A stretch of DNA of 64,000 nt from an archaeon GW2011_AR15 (GTDB lineage: Archaea; Nanobdellota; Nanobdellia; Woesearchaeales; GW2011-AR15), in contig CP010425.1 of assembly GCA_000830295.1 (NCBI GenBank), forward strand, positions 32,001 through 96,000. The letters are read 5' to 3'. Under the pieces are notes generated by a model, which worked only from the letters and a program-made list of their open reading frames with translations, was not told the origin of the DNA and did not search any database. This document shows positions 8,617 to 16,721 of the stretch, piece by piece. A program made the translations under genes and the position numbers. Numbering within the stretch: position 1 is the first letter of the stretch; every line of letters begins with the position of its first letter.

Positions 8617-10653
8617 CTATACAGTGCATACGCTGAAGCCGCAGTCCGGACATAGCACACACCCTTCCTGCTTGACAAGAGGCGCATCGCATTCCGGGCA
8701 GTTGGTCATCTGCTTTTTGTCGAAACTCACCATGATTTTGCCTTCCGGCACCTTGTCATGCGCGGTTTTTCCTGACGATTCCACAACTATCACCTGTTCA
8801 GGCATCCCTTCAACTTCCAGCTCTTCTGTCTGGACAACTATTGTTTCCTCGGTCTCGACAACAACAGGCTCCGCTGAGCTCCTGGCCTCCTTCTTGACCT
8901 CTTTTATGTTCAGCACCTGGTTGCCCCTGCTTCCGTCCCTGTAGACTGTGCATCCCTTGCAGCCTGTCTTCCAGGCAAGCATGTATCCTTTCTTGACGTC
9001 ATCTATGGTTGCGCTTGTGGCGAAATTGATCGTCTTTGAGACTGCGTTTGTCACATATTTCTGGAATGCTGCCTGCATAAGTATGTGCTCCTCAGCTGAT
9101 ATGTTGAAAGAAACCTCAAACACTTTTTTCACATCTTCAGGGACTTCATCCAGGCCGTCAAGCGTTCCCTGCTCTGCAATCTTTTTCATAAGCTCTTCAG
9201 TATAGAATCCCCTTTCCCTGGCAACCCTCTCGAAGTGCTTATTCACGTAAGTGAACTGCTCTTTTATTGAATGGCTGTTCTTTATGTAGGCAAGGGCAAA
9301 GTTGGGCTCGCATCCTCCGCTTGTATCCCCGACCATGCTGAGCGTCCCTGTCGGAGCAATTGCTGTTATGGCGCAGTTCCTAACTCTCCTGCCCTCTTTT
9401 TCAAATTCGCTGCCTTTCCATGCGGGAAAAACTTCCCTTTCCCTTGCAAGCTCTTCTGACATCTTCCAGCCTTCCTCATCAATAACTCTCATGACTTCTG
9501 AAGCCACCATCCTGCCTTCCTCGCTTGAATAGGGAAGCCCGAGCTGGTAGAGAAGGTCTGCAAATCCCAATACTCCAAGACCTATGCGCCTTGTCTTCTT
9601 GGCCATCCTGGTTATCTTCTCTGTAGGGTATTCCCCCGCATCTATGACATTGTCCAGGAAATGGATTGCTGTCCTGGTTGTCTTCCTGAGCTTATTCCAG
9701 TCAATCTCAATCCTGCCGTTGACTTTCCTGACCATCCTGTCAAGGTTTATTGAGCCGAGGTTGCATACCTCATAATCAAGAAGCCATATTTCCGCACAGG
9801 GATTTGTAGCCTTGAATAAGCCAATGTGCTTGATTTTATTGTGCCTGTTTGCTGTGTCTATGAAAAGCACGCCCGGCTCCCCTGTCTTCCAGGCGTGATA
9901 TGCAATTTTGTTAAAGAGCTCTTTTGCCCTTACTGTTCTGGCAACCTGCATTGTGTGCGGATCTATGAGATCATACTCACCGTCAGCCTCGACTGCTTTC
10001 ATGAATTTGTCGTCAAGCATGACTGAGATATTGAAATTTGTAAGCTGGGTAAGGTCATCCTTTGCTGTTATGAAATGCTCAATGTCAGGGTGGCTGATGT
10101 GGAATGTCCCCATCTGGGCCCCTCTCCTGTTGCCCTGCATTATTGTGCTGCACATTACATCAAATACCCTCATGAATGACAGTGGGCCTGAAGCAATCCC
10201 GCTGCATCCTGAAACCCATGAGCCGCCCGGCCTGAGTGTTGAGAAGCAGTATCCGACCCCGCCCCCCCTTTTCTGGATAAGCGCTGCCTCCTTGACTGCC
10301 TGGAATATGCCTTCCATGCTGTCCTCAACAGGGATTACAAAGCAGTTCGCAAGATTCTTTACAGGTGTGCCTGCATTTGCGATTGTCCTCCCGCCAGGGA
10401 TGAACTCAAGCTTTGTAAGCATGTCAAGAAATTCTTTTTCTGTCTTTTCAACTTCCCCGTCTGGCCTGTACACTGCGTCCGGGCCTGCAATCTCCTTTGC
10501 TATTCTTTCGAACATGTCCAGAGGGGTCTCTACGACAGTCCCGTCTGCGTCCCTTTTCAGGTATTTTGCAAATATTATCCTAAGCTGGTTCTCGTTCAGC
10601 CCCAGTTTTTCTTCTTCACTGATGCTTTCCATAAATGTTTTGTAATCCTGCAT
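8617..10653 (-). CDS. nrdJ: Adenosylcobalamin-dependent (class II) ribonucleotide reductase, catalytically intact, no ATP cone, C-terminal Cys-rich Zn ribbon
   Basis: NCFV, TNPCAE, CNLGSINL, AIAPTGT, C-terminal CPEC...CVLCPDCG.S.C; ATG at 10653 preceded by SD GGTGAG (ORF track starts at GTG 10665). Confidence 0.95.
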   Translation of the reverse strand: MQDYKTFMESISEEEKLGLNENQLRIIFAKYLKRDADGTVVETPLDMFERIAKEIAGPDAVYRPDGEVEKTEKEFLDMLTKLEFIPGGRTIANAGTPVKNLANCFVIPVEDSMEGIFQAVKEAALIQKRGGGVGYCFSTLRPGGSWVSGCSGIASGPLSFMRVFDVMCSTIMQGNRRGAQMGTFHISHPDIEHFITAKDDLTQLTNFNISVMLDDKFMKAVEADGEYDLIDPHTMQVARTVRAKELFNKIAYHAWKTGEPGVLFIDTANRHNKIKHIGLFKATNPCAEIWLLDYEVCNLGSINLDRMVRKVNGRIEIDWNKLRKTTRTAIHFLDNVIDAGEYPTEKITRMAKKTRRIGLGVLGFADLLYQLGLPYSSEEGRMVASEVMRVIDEEGWKMSEELAREREVFPAWKGSEFEKEGRRVRNCAITAIAPTGTLSMVGDTSGGCEPNFALAYIKNSHSIKEQFTYVNKHFERVARERGFYTEELMKKIAEQGTLDGLDEVPEDVKKVFEVSFNISAEEHILMQAAFQKYVTNAVSKTINFATSATIDDVKKGYMLAWKTGCKGCTVYRDGSRGNQVLNIKEVKKEARSSAEPVVVETEETIVVQTEELEVEGMPEQVIVVESSGKTAHDKVPEGKIMVSFDKKQMTNCPECDAPLVKQEGCVLCPDCGFSVCTV

Positions 10654-10704
10654 TTTTCCGCTCACCGTTCTCTTTAGTTTTTGTTATCCTTGAAATATAC
10701 AAAC

Positions 10705-10752
10705 ACACAATATGTTGTGTCCCAACATATGAGAATCTACAATATGTTGTGT
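10705..10752. promoter_or_regulatory. Tandem NrdR-box-like operators upstream of nrdJ
   Basis: ACACAATATGTTGTGT (10705-20) and CTACAATATGTTGTGT (10737-52), 32 bp apart; fits the consensus acaCwAtATaTwGtgt; TATA TTTAAATA on minus strand at 10777-84. Confidence 0.85.
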
Positions 10753-10827
10753 ATCATAATTAAGTAGGAAAATTAGTATTTAAACATTCCTACAAATGAA
10801 AATAGATAATGAAAAATATATTTTTAG

Positions 10828-11130
10828 TCATTTCTTTTTCCTGTGGCCTTGCTCAAGATGCTGCTTTATGGCATCCCTGAGAAGCTTTATCTCAAGCATA
10901 TGCTCAGACTGCAGCATTGCAAGCTCCTCCTTCATGTTCTCTGATATCGCTGTCTGTATGACCACAAAGAGCAGCAGCATCCAGATGAACAGGGCTCCGA
11001 GCCTGACCCATGCAAGTATTGTCCCTGCCTGTTCTGCAAGGAATATGAGGTATAAGCCGATGAATATAAGCGCCATCCCTGCCGGAAGCAGCAGCTTCTC
11101 GAATAGATTTATTTTCCTGTTGCTAAACAT
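10828..11130 (-). CDS. Hypothetical two-TM membrane protein
   Basis: Two hydrophobic segments, SD GGGGTGG, co-oriented with sppA. Confidence 0.75.
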   Translation of the reverse strand: MFSNRKINLFEKLLLPAGMALIFIGLYLIFLAEQAGTILAWVRLGALFIWMLLLFVVIQTAISENMKEELAMLQSEHMLEIKLLRDAIKQHLEQGHRKKK

Positions 11131-11146
11131 TGATAACCACCCCTTT

Positions 11147-12025
11147 TTATCTGAACTGGACTGATGGGTTCAGGTTTATAAAATTTTCTTTCCCCATGCC
11201 AGAAAAAATAATGTCAAGGAATCCTTTCTTCTCTTCCAGCTCAAAAGCAGAGACTGTTATGTTATGCCTGGACGCTACAAAATCCAGCACATCCTTCCTT
11301 GTGCCCAGCTCATCAACCAGGCCGAGGTCTTTTGCTTCGCTTCCGAGGAAAATCTGGCCTGTTGCAAGCCTCCTTACGCTGATAACGCTCATGTTCCTGT
11401 TCTCTGCGACTTCCTTTATGAAGAACTCATTCATCTTGTATATTATATCCTGGAATATCCTCCTCTCCTCTTCACTGGGCTCTTTGAAAGATGAGCCCAT
11501 GTCCTTGAGCTCGCCTGAGACATACCTCTGGTAGGTTATGTTGTATTCCTCGAGGAATCCGGAAAAGTCAAGGTAGGAGCCTATCACTCCTATGCTTCCT
11601 GTCAATGACATCCTGTTTGCATACACATAGTCTGTCGAGCTCGCGACCCAGTATGCTGCGCTTGTTCCCATATCCCTTATCAGGGCGATTGTTGTCCTGT
11701 TGGCTGATTTTATCCTCTGGGCTATCTCATCAGCAGCAACCCCTGAGCCGCCCGGTGAGTTTATGTCAAATATTATCGCCTTTACACCCATGCCCTCTGC
11801 CTTGTCTATGGCTGCTATTACTGCCTGGCTGGAGATTGTGTCGCCTGTCAGGCCGCTGCTCTCCTCTACGCCTATGACTCCGTGTATCGGGATTATGGCA
11901 ACATTACCTGTCCCAAGGCTCATATCAGGGCCGAACAGGAAGGATGTTGCAAAGCTTATAATCCAGAGTATCAAAAGTATCTTCAGGACCGGGAGTATCT
12001 TTTCCTTAAGGCCAGTTCCTATCAT
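11147..12025 (-). CDS. sppA: Signal peptide peptidase SppA (S49)
   Basis: INSPGG, SAAYWVAS, TGSIGV, GELKD, LGLVDELG; ATG overlaps stop of RDD gene. Confidence 0.93.
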   Translation of the reverse strand: MIGTGLKEKILPVLKILLILWIISFATSFLFGPDMSLGTGNVAIIPIHGVIGVEESSGLTGDTISSQAVIAAIDKAEGMGVKAIIFDINSPGGSGVAADEIAQRIKSANRTTIALIRDMGTSAAYWVASSTDYVYANRMSLTGSIGVIGSYLDFSGFLEEYNITYQRYVSGELKDMGSSFKEPSEEERRIFQDIIYKMNEFFIKEVAENRNMSVISVRRLATGQIFLGSEAKDLGLVDELGTRKDVLDFVASRHNITVSAFELEEKKGFLDIIFSGMGKENFINLNPSVQFR

Positions 12026-12516
12026 ATTGAGATCTCCTCTATGATTTTTGTTTTTGTCAGCCTGTCTGAAAGCCTGCTGCCTGTTATGAAAAGGTATGCG
12101 GGGTCTGCTATCCAGAGCAGCCACAAGGGAAAAACAGGGAAGCATGCAAGATTCCTTATTGCCACATTGAGAAAAGTTATCCTCTCTTTTTTCTCGGTCT
12201 GGAGCTTCAGCCTCATTATCATCTTCCCGGGCGTCTGGCCGAACTTCAGCTCGAATATCACAAAATATGCAAACACCAGAAGGAACATGACAGCAAATGC
12301 GGGAATCAGGGAATTTATTGCATCAGGATTTGCCGCGATATAATTATAGTTCTGCGTGAAATCCCGGCTCGTGGGAATAACCCTCTGCACAACCCCTGAA
12401 TACGGCATGAAAATCACGAACTGGATAATCAGGATATCAATGGCAAAAGACAATGTGCGCTTCCATGCAGGAGCGTTTGCAGTCATTACCCTTTTCTTGG
12501 GAAGATTCAGGTCCAT
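12022..12516 (-). CDS. RDD family membrane protein
   Basis: A..WKR...FAID, GQTPGK, L.D.L.KT. Confidence 0.9.
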   Translation of the reverse strand: MDLNLPKKRVMTANAPAWKRTLSFAIDILIIQFVIFMPYSGVVQRVIPTSRDFTQNYNYIAANPDAINSLIPAFAVMFLLVFAYFVIFELKFGQTPGKMIMRLKLQTEKKERITFLNVAIRNLACFPVFPLWLLWIADPAYLFITGSRLSDRLTKTKIIEEISI

Positions 12517-12551
12517 CAGCCCTGTTAATTGGAAGTGGTTTAAATTGTTTT

Positions 12552-13208
12552 CTAAAGAACTGTGCCAAGATCCACCATGGGCTTTGCTGTCCTTTTCGTG
12601 TCATCCCACCCTATTCTGGGGCAGGCTGTATTGACCCAGACATCGACAAAAGGGAAATCCTCTAACTTGTCAAACTCAATGGTGTCAAATGCAATATAGT
12701 AGAAATTTTTTTCAGGATATTTTTCTTTTAGTTTTAATGCCTGCTGGAGATAGCTCTGGCCTGATTTTGTGCTCACCAGAACCCCGATGTTCTCTTTCAT
12801 CAGGAAGCTGGAGTAGGCTGCTTTCTGCCTCTTCACTTCTTTTTCCATCAGGGATTTTGTCACAACAGAATATTTTTTGTCCACAGGATTCCAGATGTGA
12901 ACATGCTGCTCATTTCCCAGCACAAGCGCCTTTGGATGGAACAATCCGTCTCCGACATAGAGGAATGCATCCACCCCGTCAAATTTCTCAAGGTTGCACC
13001 CGTATATCTGGCCCGGCTGCTTTGTGTGCTTGCCTTTCAGCAGCTTCACTGTCCTGCCTGTCTTTTCTATATCTTTTTTTATTGATTCAAGCGAGTCAAT
13101 GAACTGCACTGTGAAGAACAGCCCTATTGTCTGCGGGAGCTTTTCTATCACGGATTTCGGCACTTTTATTATGCCGTCGTATTTTGCCTCGATAAAAAGG
13201 AATTTCAT
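12552..13208 (-). CDS. dph2: Diphthamide synthesis protein (Dph1/Dph2 family), short form
   Basis: TVQF, GQIYGC, GDGLFHP, LVSTKSGQ, VNTACPRI.WDD. Confidence 0.85.
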   Translation of the reverse strand: MKFLFIEAKYDGIIKVPKSVIEKLPQTIGLFFTVQFIDSLESIKKDIEKTGRTVKLLKGKHTKQPGQIYGCNLEKFDGVDAFLYVGDGLFHPKALVLGNEQHVHIWNPVDKKYSVVTKSLMEKEVKRQKAAYSSFLMKENIGVLVSTKSGQSYLQQALKLKEKYPEKNFYYIAFDTIEFDKLEDFPFVDVWVNTACPRIGWDDTKRTAKPMVDLGTVL

Positions 13209-13249
13209 GATGGGAAGAAACAAAAGTTAGTTTAAAAAAGCTTTCAAAA

Positions 13250-13732
13250 TCAGGGCTTGAGCCCTGTAAGCTCATAGATTACTGCCTGGGGCTCTGCATA
13301 AAAAAGATAATATGCCCAGAACTTAAAGCCGTCAAAATCTTCTGGCATCGCTCTGCTTGTCAGCTCATATCCCCAGTCTGTATGCCCGTCTGCTATATGG
13401 TAAATCTCATGCTTGAGGTCTGAAACTGTTCCTGATACGGGGATTATAATTGTATACTCTTTTTCAGCTGATTTCCATGAGCATGATACTGTGGCATATC
13501 CATAGCATCCGTAAATATAGTCTGAATTGAAGATGGCATTGATAAAAATATCTTCGCCTATCTCCAGACTGGCTCTTTCTTCACCTAATAGTTGCTCAAG
13601 CTGGCCCTGTGATTTGATTTCCGGGGAATTTAAGCTGGCAAGTTTGCTAAACCCCACAAGGGACCCTACATATAAAATACCTCCTGCTAATGTAACTCCT
13701 ATTGCTCTCATTGCCGATTTAATTAAGCTCAT
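13250..13732 (-). CDS. Hypothetical membrane-anchored protein with HExxH motif
   Basis: N-terminal hydrophobic segment; KHEIYH. Confidence 0.6.
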   Translation of the reverse strand: MSLIKSAMRAIGVTLAGGILYVGSLVGFSKLASLNSPEIKSQGQLEQLLGEERASLEIGEDIFINAIFNSDYIYGCYGYATVSCSWKSAEKEYTIIIPVSGTVSDLKHEIYHIADGHTDWGYELTSRAMPEDFDGFKFWAYYLFYAEPQAVIYELTGLKP

Positions 13733-13785
13733 CAGCCCTGAAAGAAAAAAGTTATTTATAAATTTAACAGAAGATTCTGATAGAC

Positions 13786-14733
13786 TTATTCATCCTGTAT
13801 AAAAGTAACAATCTTGGTTATGTCCCCTATATGGGAGAGCATGTTAAAAATATCTATTGTCAGCCGGGTTGAGCTTGCGCTCTGGCTTTTCTTGTCATAA
13901 TCCTCTATTTTTTTCATGAGCGCCTCGCGCTTTATAGATGCCTCAATCGCGTCCTTTGTGGAGTTTGAATAAAATGCATTCATGACTTCCACATAAAATG
14001 CGCTGATCTCGGTGAAAAGGCTGAGGAAATCCCCATGCTCTGATTTTTTGAGCCCTGATACTTCACTGGCAATGTATTTTATCCTGTCCCCGATTTTTTC
14101 AAGCATCATGTTGAGCTCCCAGTACTTCATTATATTCAGCCTTTCAAGGTTCAGGGATTCCTGGACATCCCTTCTCGCCTGGGCGGATTTGAGAATCTTT
14201 ATAACTACATAGTGCAGCTTATTGAGTTCCCTGTCCCTGTCCCCGATTGCAAGCAGGAGTTCTTTGTCATCAACGGACTTTGTATCTGCAATCATAGACC
14301 TGACAATGTTATCCATCCGCCTCATGAGGACCTGGAGGTCAATGTCATGTATATTCAGGAAGCTTCTTGCGGTTATTTTTTTTGCTTCTTCCTCAACCAC
14401 TTCAAGGGCTATGAACTCCGCTATCCTTTTCTTATAACTCTTTATTTTCTTCGGGAGCGTCTCTCCTTTCAGGACTATGTGCATGTAATCATTCAGGTAG
14501 GCGCAGGTAATCTCGCGGAAGATAAAATCAAGTGGCTTGTTGTCCACATCAATAGTCTTTACCCTGTCGCTGATGCCCTTTTTCTTAATATCTGCCGTCA
14601 GCCTGAGATAATTATCAATTTCCTCAATATATATCTCATCCCCGCCTTTCATAGAATTATCTTTTATCCAGCTTTTCGGCAGGGCGACTACCAGAGAAGA
14701 GAGCCCGCTTTTTACAAGTTTCCTGATATACAT
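13786..14733 (-). CDS. Archaeal phosphate-uptake regulator (AbrB-like N-terminus + PhoU repeats)
   Basis: RKLVKSGLSSLVVALPKSW, D.ELNKL, LEKIGDR; start placed at MYIRK. Confidence 0.85.
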   Translation of the reverse strand: MYIRKLVKSGLSSLVVALPKSWIKDNSMKGGDEIYIEEIDNYLRLTADIKKKGISDRVKTIDVDNKPLDFIFREITCAYLNDYMHIVLKGETLPKKIKSYKKRIAEFIALEVVEEEAKKITARSFLNIHDIDLQVLMRRMDNIVRSMIADTKSVDDKELLLAIGDRDRELNKLHYVVIKILKSAQARRDVQESLNLERLNIMKYWELNMMLEKIGDRIKYIASEVSGLKKSEHGDFLSLFTEISAFYVEVMNAFYSNSTKDAIEASIKREALMKKIEDYDKKSQSASSTRLTIDIFNMLSHIGDITKIVTFIQDE

Positions 14734-14779
14734 GCTTTTGAAATACATATTTGTATATATATAATTTTTGAATAACCTC

Positions 14780-15766
14780 CTAACTATAAAACCATTCTGG
14801 ATGCACCCTGCCTTCGCCGGCATAATCTTTTCTGAAGGACTCCAGCACATTGACTGCCCTTCCAAGCTTGTCTCCGTCAAGACAGAGCTCATCGCACAAT
14901 AGCATTTTCCTGTAGCCTATATCATATATCCATGAAAGCTCTGACAAGTCTGCAGCTGCAGGGACAGGATGATTGATTACAGAAAGGAGCATCCTTGAAC
15001 CGATAACTGCTTCAGGGTCCTTTGCGATAATCAGTTTCATGGCTTCCATCATATGATGCGGCTTGTCAATTTCCACATAAAGGTCTCCTCGGGCTGCGCA
15101 GAGATAGACGTTTTTCTGCTTCCTATACTCGTTCATTACATACTGGAGGCCTTTTTTGCTCTCAATCTTCAGCACAATTTCGGAATCCCCGACTATCTCC
15201 CTGAACTGGTCAACATCTTTCTGGGATTCGACAAATGAAAGGTAATACCTGTCAAACCCCGCTGCTTTTGCCTTCTCTATTTTTTCTATCTCATAGTCAA
15301 GGAAAGTCGGACCTATCATATTATAGCTCGGATCTTTTATGTGCAGCGACTCTCCCCTATAGACCATGTACTGCGACCCGCCTTCAAAGACGAGCCTCTT
15401 CCCGCCTTCAATCCTGTTCAGCAGCGCATAATCCTCTCCTCCTTTAAAGAGGACCATCGTAGGCGTCCTGGCTTCAATAGGGTGGTTGAGTATAACTTCA
15501 AGATGGTCATTGTTCGGGACCACTTCCATCACCCTGAGCTGCCTTCCCTTTATATCAAAATAAAGAGGGACATGCCCGGCAAGCGCCTGGGCATCCTTCA
15601 GCTCTGTCCCTATCTCTGCTGCCTTGATCATGGCTGTGTTCAGTCTTATCCCTGCAAGCCTCTCATCAGTTGCAAATTTCCGGAAATGGGGGAACGTGGG
15701 CCAGAGCGTCACAAGCAGCTCCAGGTCCCTCTCCTTCTTAAATAAGTGATTTAGATAATTCCTCAT
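14780..15766 (-). CDS. Divergent pyruvate kinase barrel-domain protein (no C-terminal domain)
   Basis: RLN, DIKGRQLR, LSFV, KIE, ARGDLYVE, MLLS. Confidence 0.75.
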   Translation of the reverse strand: MRNYLNHLFKKERDLELLVTLWPTFPHFRKFATDERLAGIRLNTAMIKAAEIGTELKDAQALAGHVPLYFDIKGRQLRVMEVVPNNDHLEVILNHPIEARTPTMVLFKGGEDYALLNRIEGGKRLVFEGGSQYMVYRGESLHIKDPSYNMIGPTFLDYEIEKIEKAKAAGFDRYYLSFVESQKDVDQFREIVGDSEIVLKIESKKGLQYVMNEYRKQKNVYLCAARGDLYVEIDKPHHMMEAMKLIIAKDPEAVIGSRMLLSVINHPVPAAADLSELSWIYDIGYRKMLLCDELCLDGDKLGRAVNVLESFRKDYAGEGRVHPEWFYS

Positions 15767-16709
15767 TTCCGTCCCTCTGCATCACTGACTTTCCTGCATC
15801 CTTCCCCTTTATTTTGTCCGGAAGAAGATGGACATCGTGCAGCGACTTGTACACTGTCTTTACCTGGTTTGGCTTCTGCCTCCCTTCAAGCTCTCCCTTA
15901 AAGTAATCTACCCTGCCTGTTTCCTTTGCGAGGATGCCGAATATCACATCGACTACCCTGCCTGCTTCAGGAAGGTTGCAGATATGGTCTGCCCCAAGCA
16001 GCCCCTCCCACTGGGCATAAACTTTTTTGTCCTCGGAACTCATGGAATCTCCTGATGAGACATTATACGGCTTCCTGACAAGATATACAGAGTATTTGTT
16101 CTGGAGCTCGCTGAGCATCTGATTTGATGAGAGCCTGCCCTCGATGTTCTGGCCGCAGATGTCTTTTGCCTGGTCTTTATCGACAAAATCGTAAAGCCCT
16201 TCATCCCCTATGAATATTAATATCGGGCTCACTGCATTTGGCATGCTGACATTCCTTGAATAATACATTGCCGCCAGGTCATAGCTTTCCATAATCTGCC
16301 CGCCCCCGCCGCCTTCAATCACAAGCTCTTTCAGCCTGTCCGCCAGCTCTGTGCCTTTTGTAAAAGGCCTTACCTGCAGAGGATAATTATCTGAGTATGC
16401 ATCCCCTACTGCTGCAAAGCTTATCTCCATGTCCTTGCCGAGATATTCCTGGCCTTCGAGCTCAAGATACGGCAGTTTTGAAAATATTACTGCGGGCCAC
16501 TCCCCCATCGAGCCTGTCACATCAGATATTATCACCAGCGGGGTTGTGCTGCTGGTGCTTATGTTTTTCGGGAGCACGTCCTCCAAAGATTTGTTGCTCT
16601 TGAGGGCGCTGTCATAGCTCCTTCCGACATGCACGTCGTATACTTTTCTTGCCTTGCCAAAATCATAACCCTTCCAAGGCCCCGGGTCAAAATCTCCTGC
16701 TTCGCTCAT
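15738..16709 (-). CDS. vWA-domain protein
   Basis: MIDAS-like DVTGSM, GGGG..ESY, FIGDE. Confidence 0.85.
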   Translation of the reverse strand: MSEAGDFDPGPWKGYDFGKARKVYDVHVGRSYDSALKSNKSLEDVLPKNISTSSTTPLVIISDVTGSMGEWPAVIFSKLPYLELEGQEYLGKDMEISFAAVGDAYSDNYPLQVRPFTKGTELADRLKELVIEGGGGGQIMESYDLAAMYYSRNVSMPNAVSPILIFIGDEGLYDFVDKDQAKDICGQNIEGRLSSNQMLSELQNKYSVYLVRKPYNVSSGDSMSSEDKKVYAQWEGLLGADHICNLPEAGRVVDVIFGILAKETGRVDYFKGELEGRQKPNQVKTVYKSLHDVHLLPDKIKGKDAGKSVMQRDGNEELSKSLI

Positions 16710-16721
16710 TTTTCCTACCTC

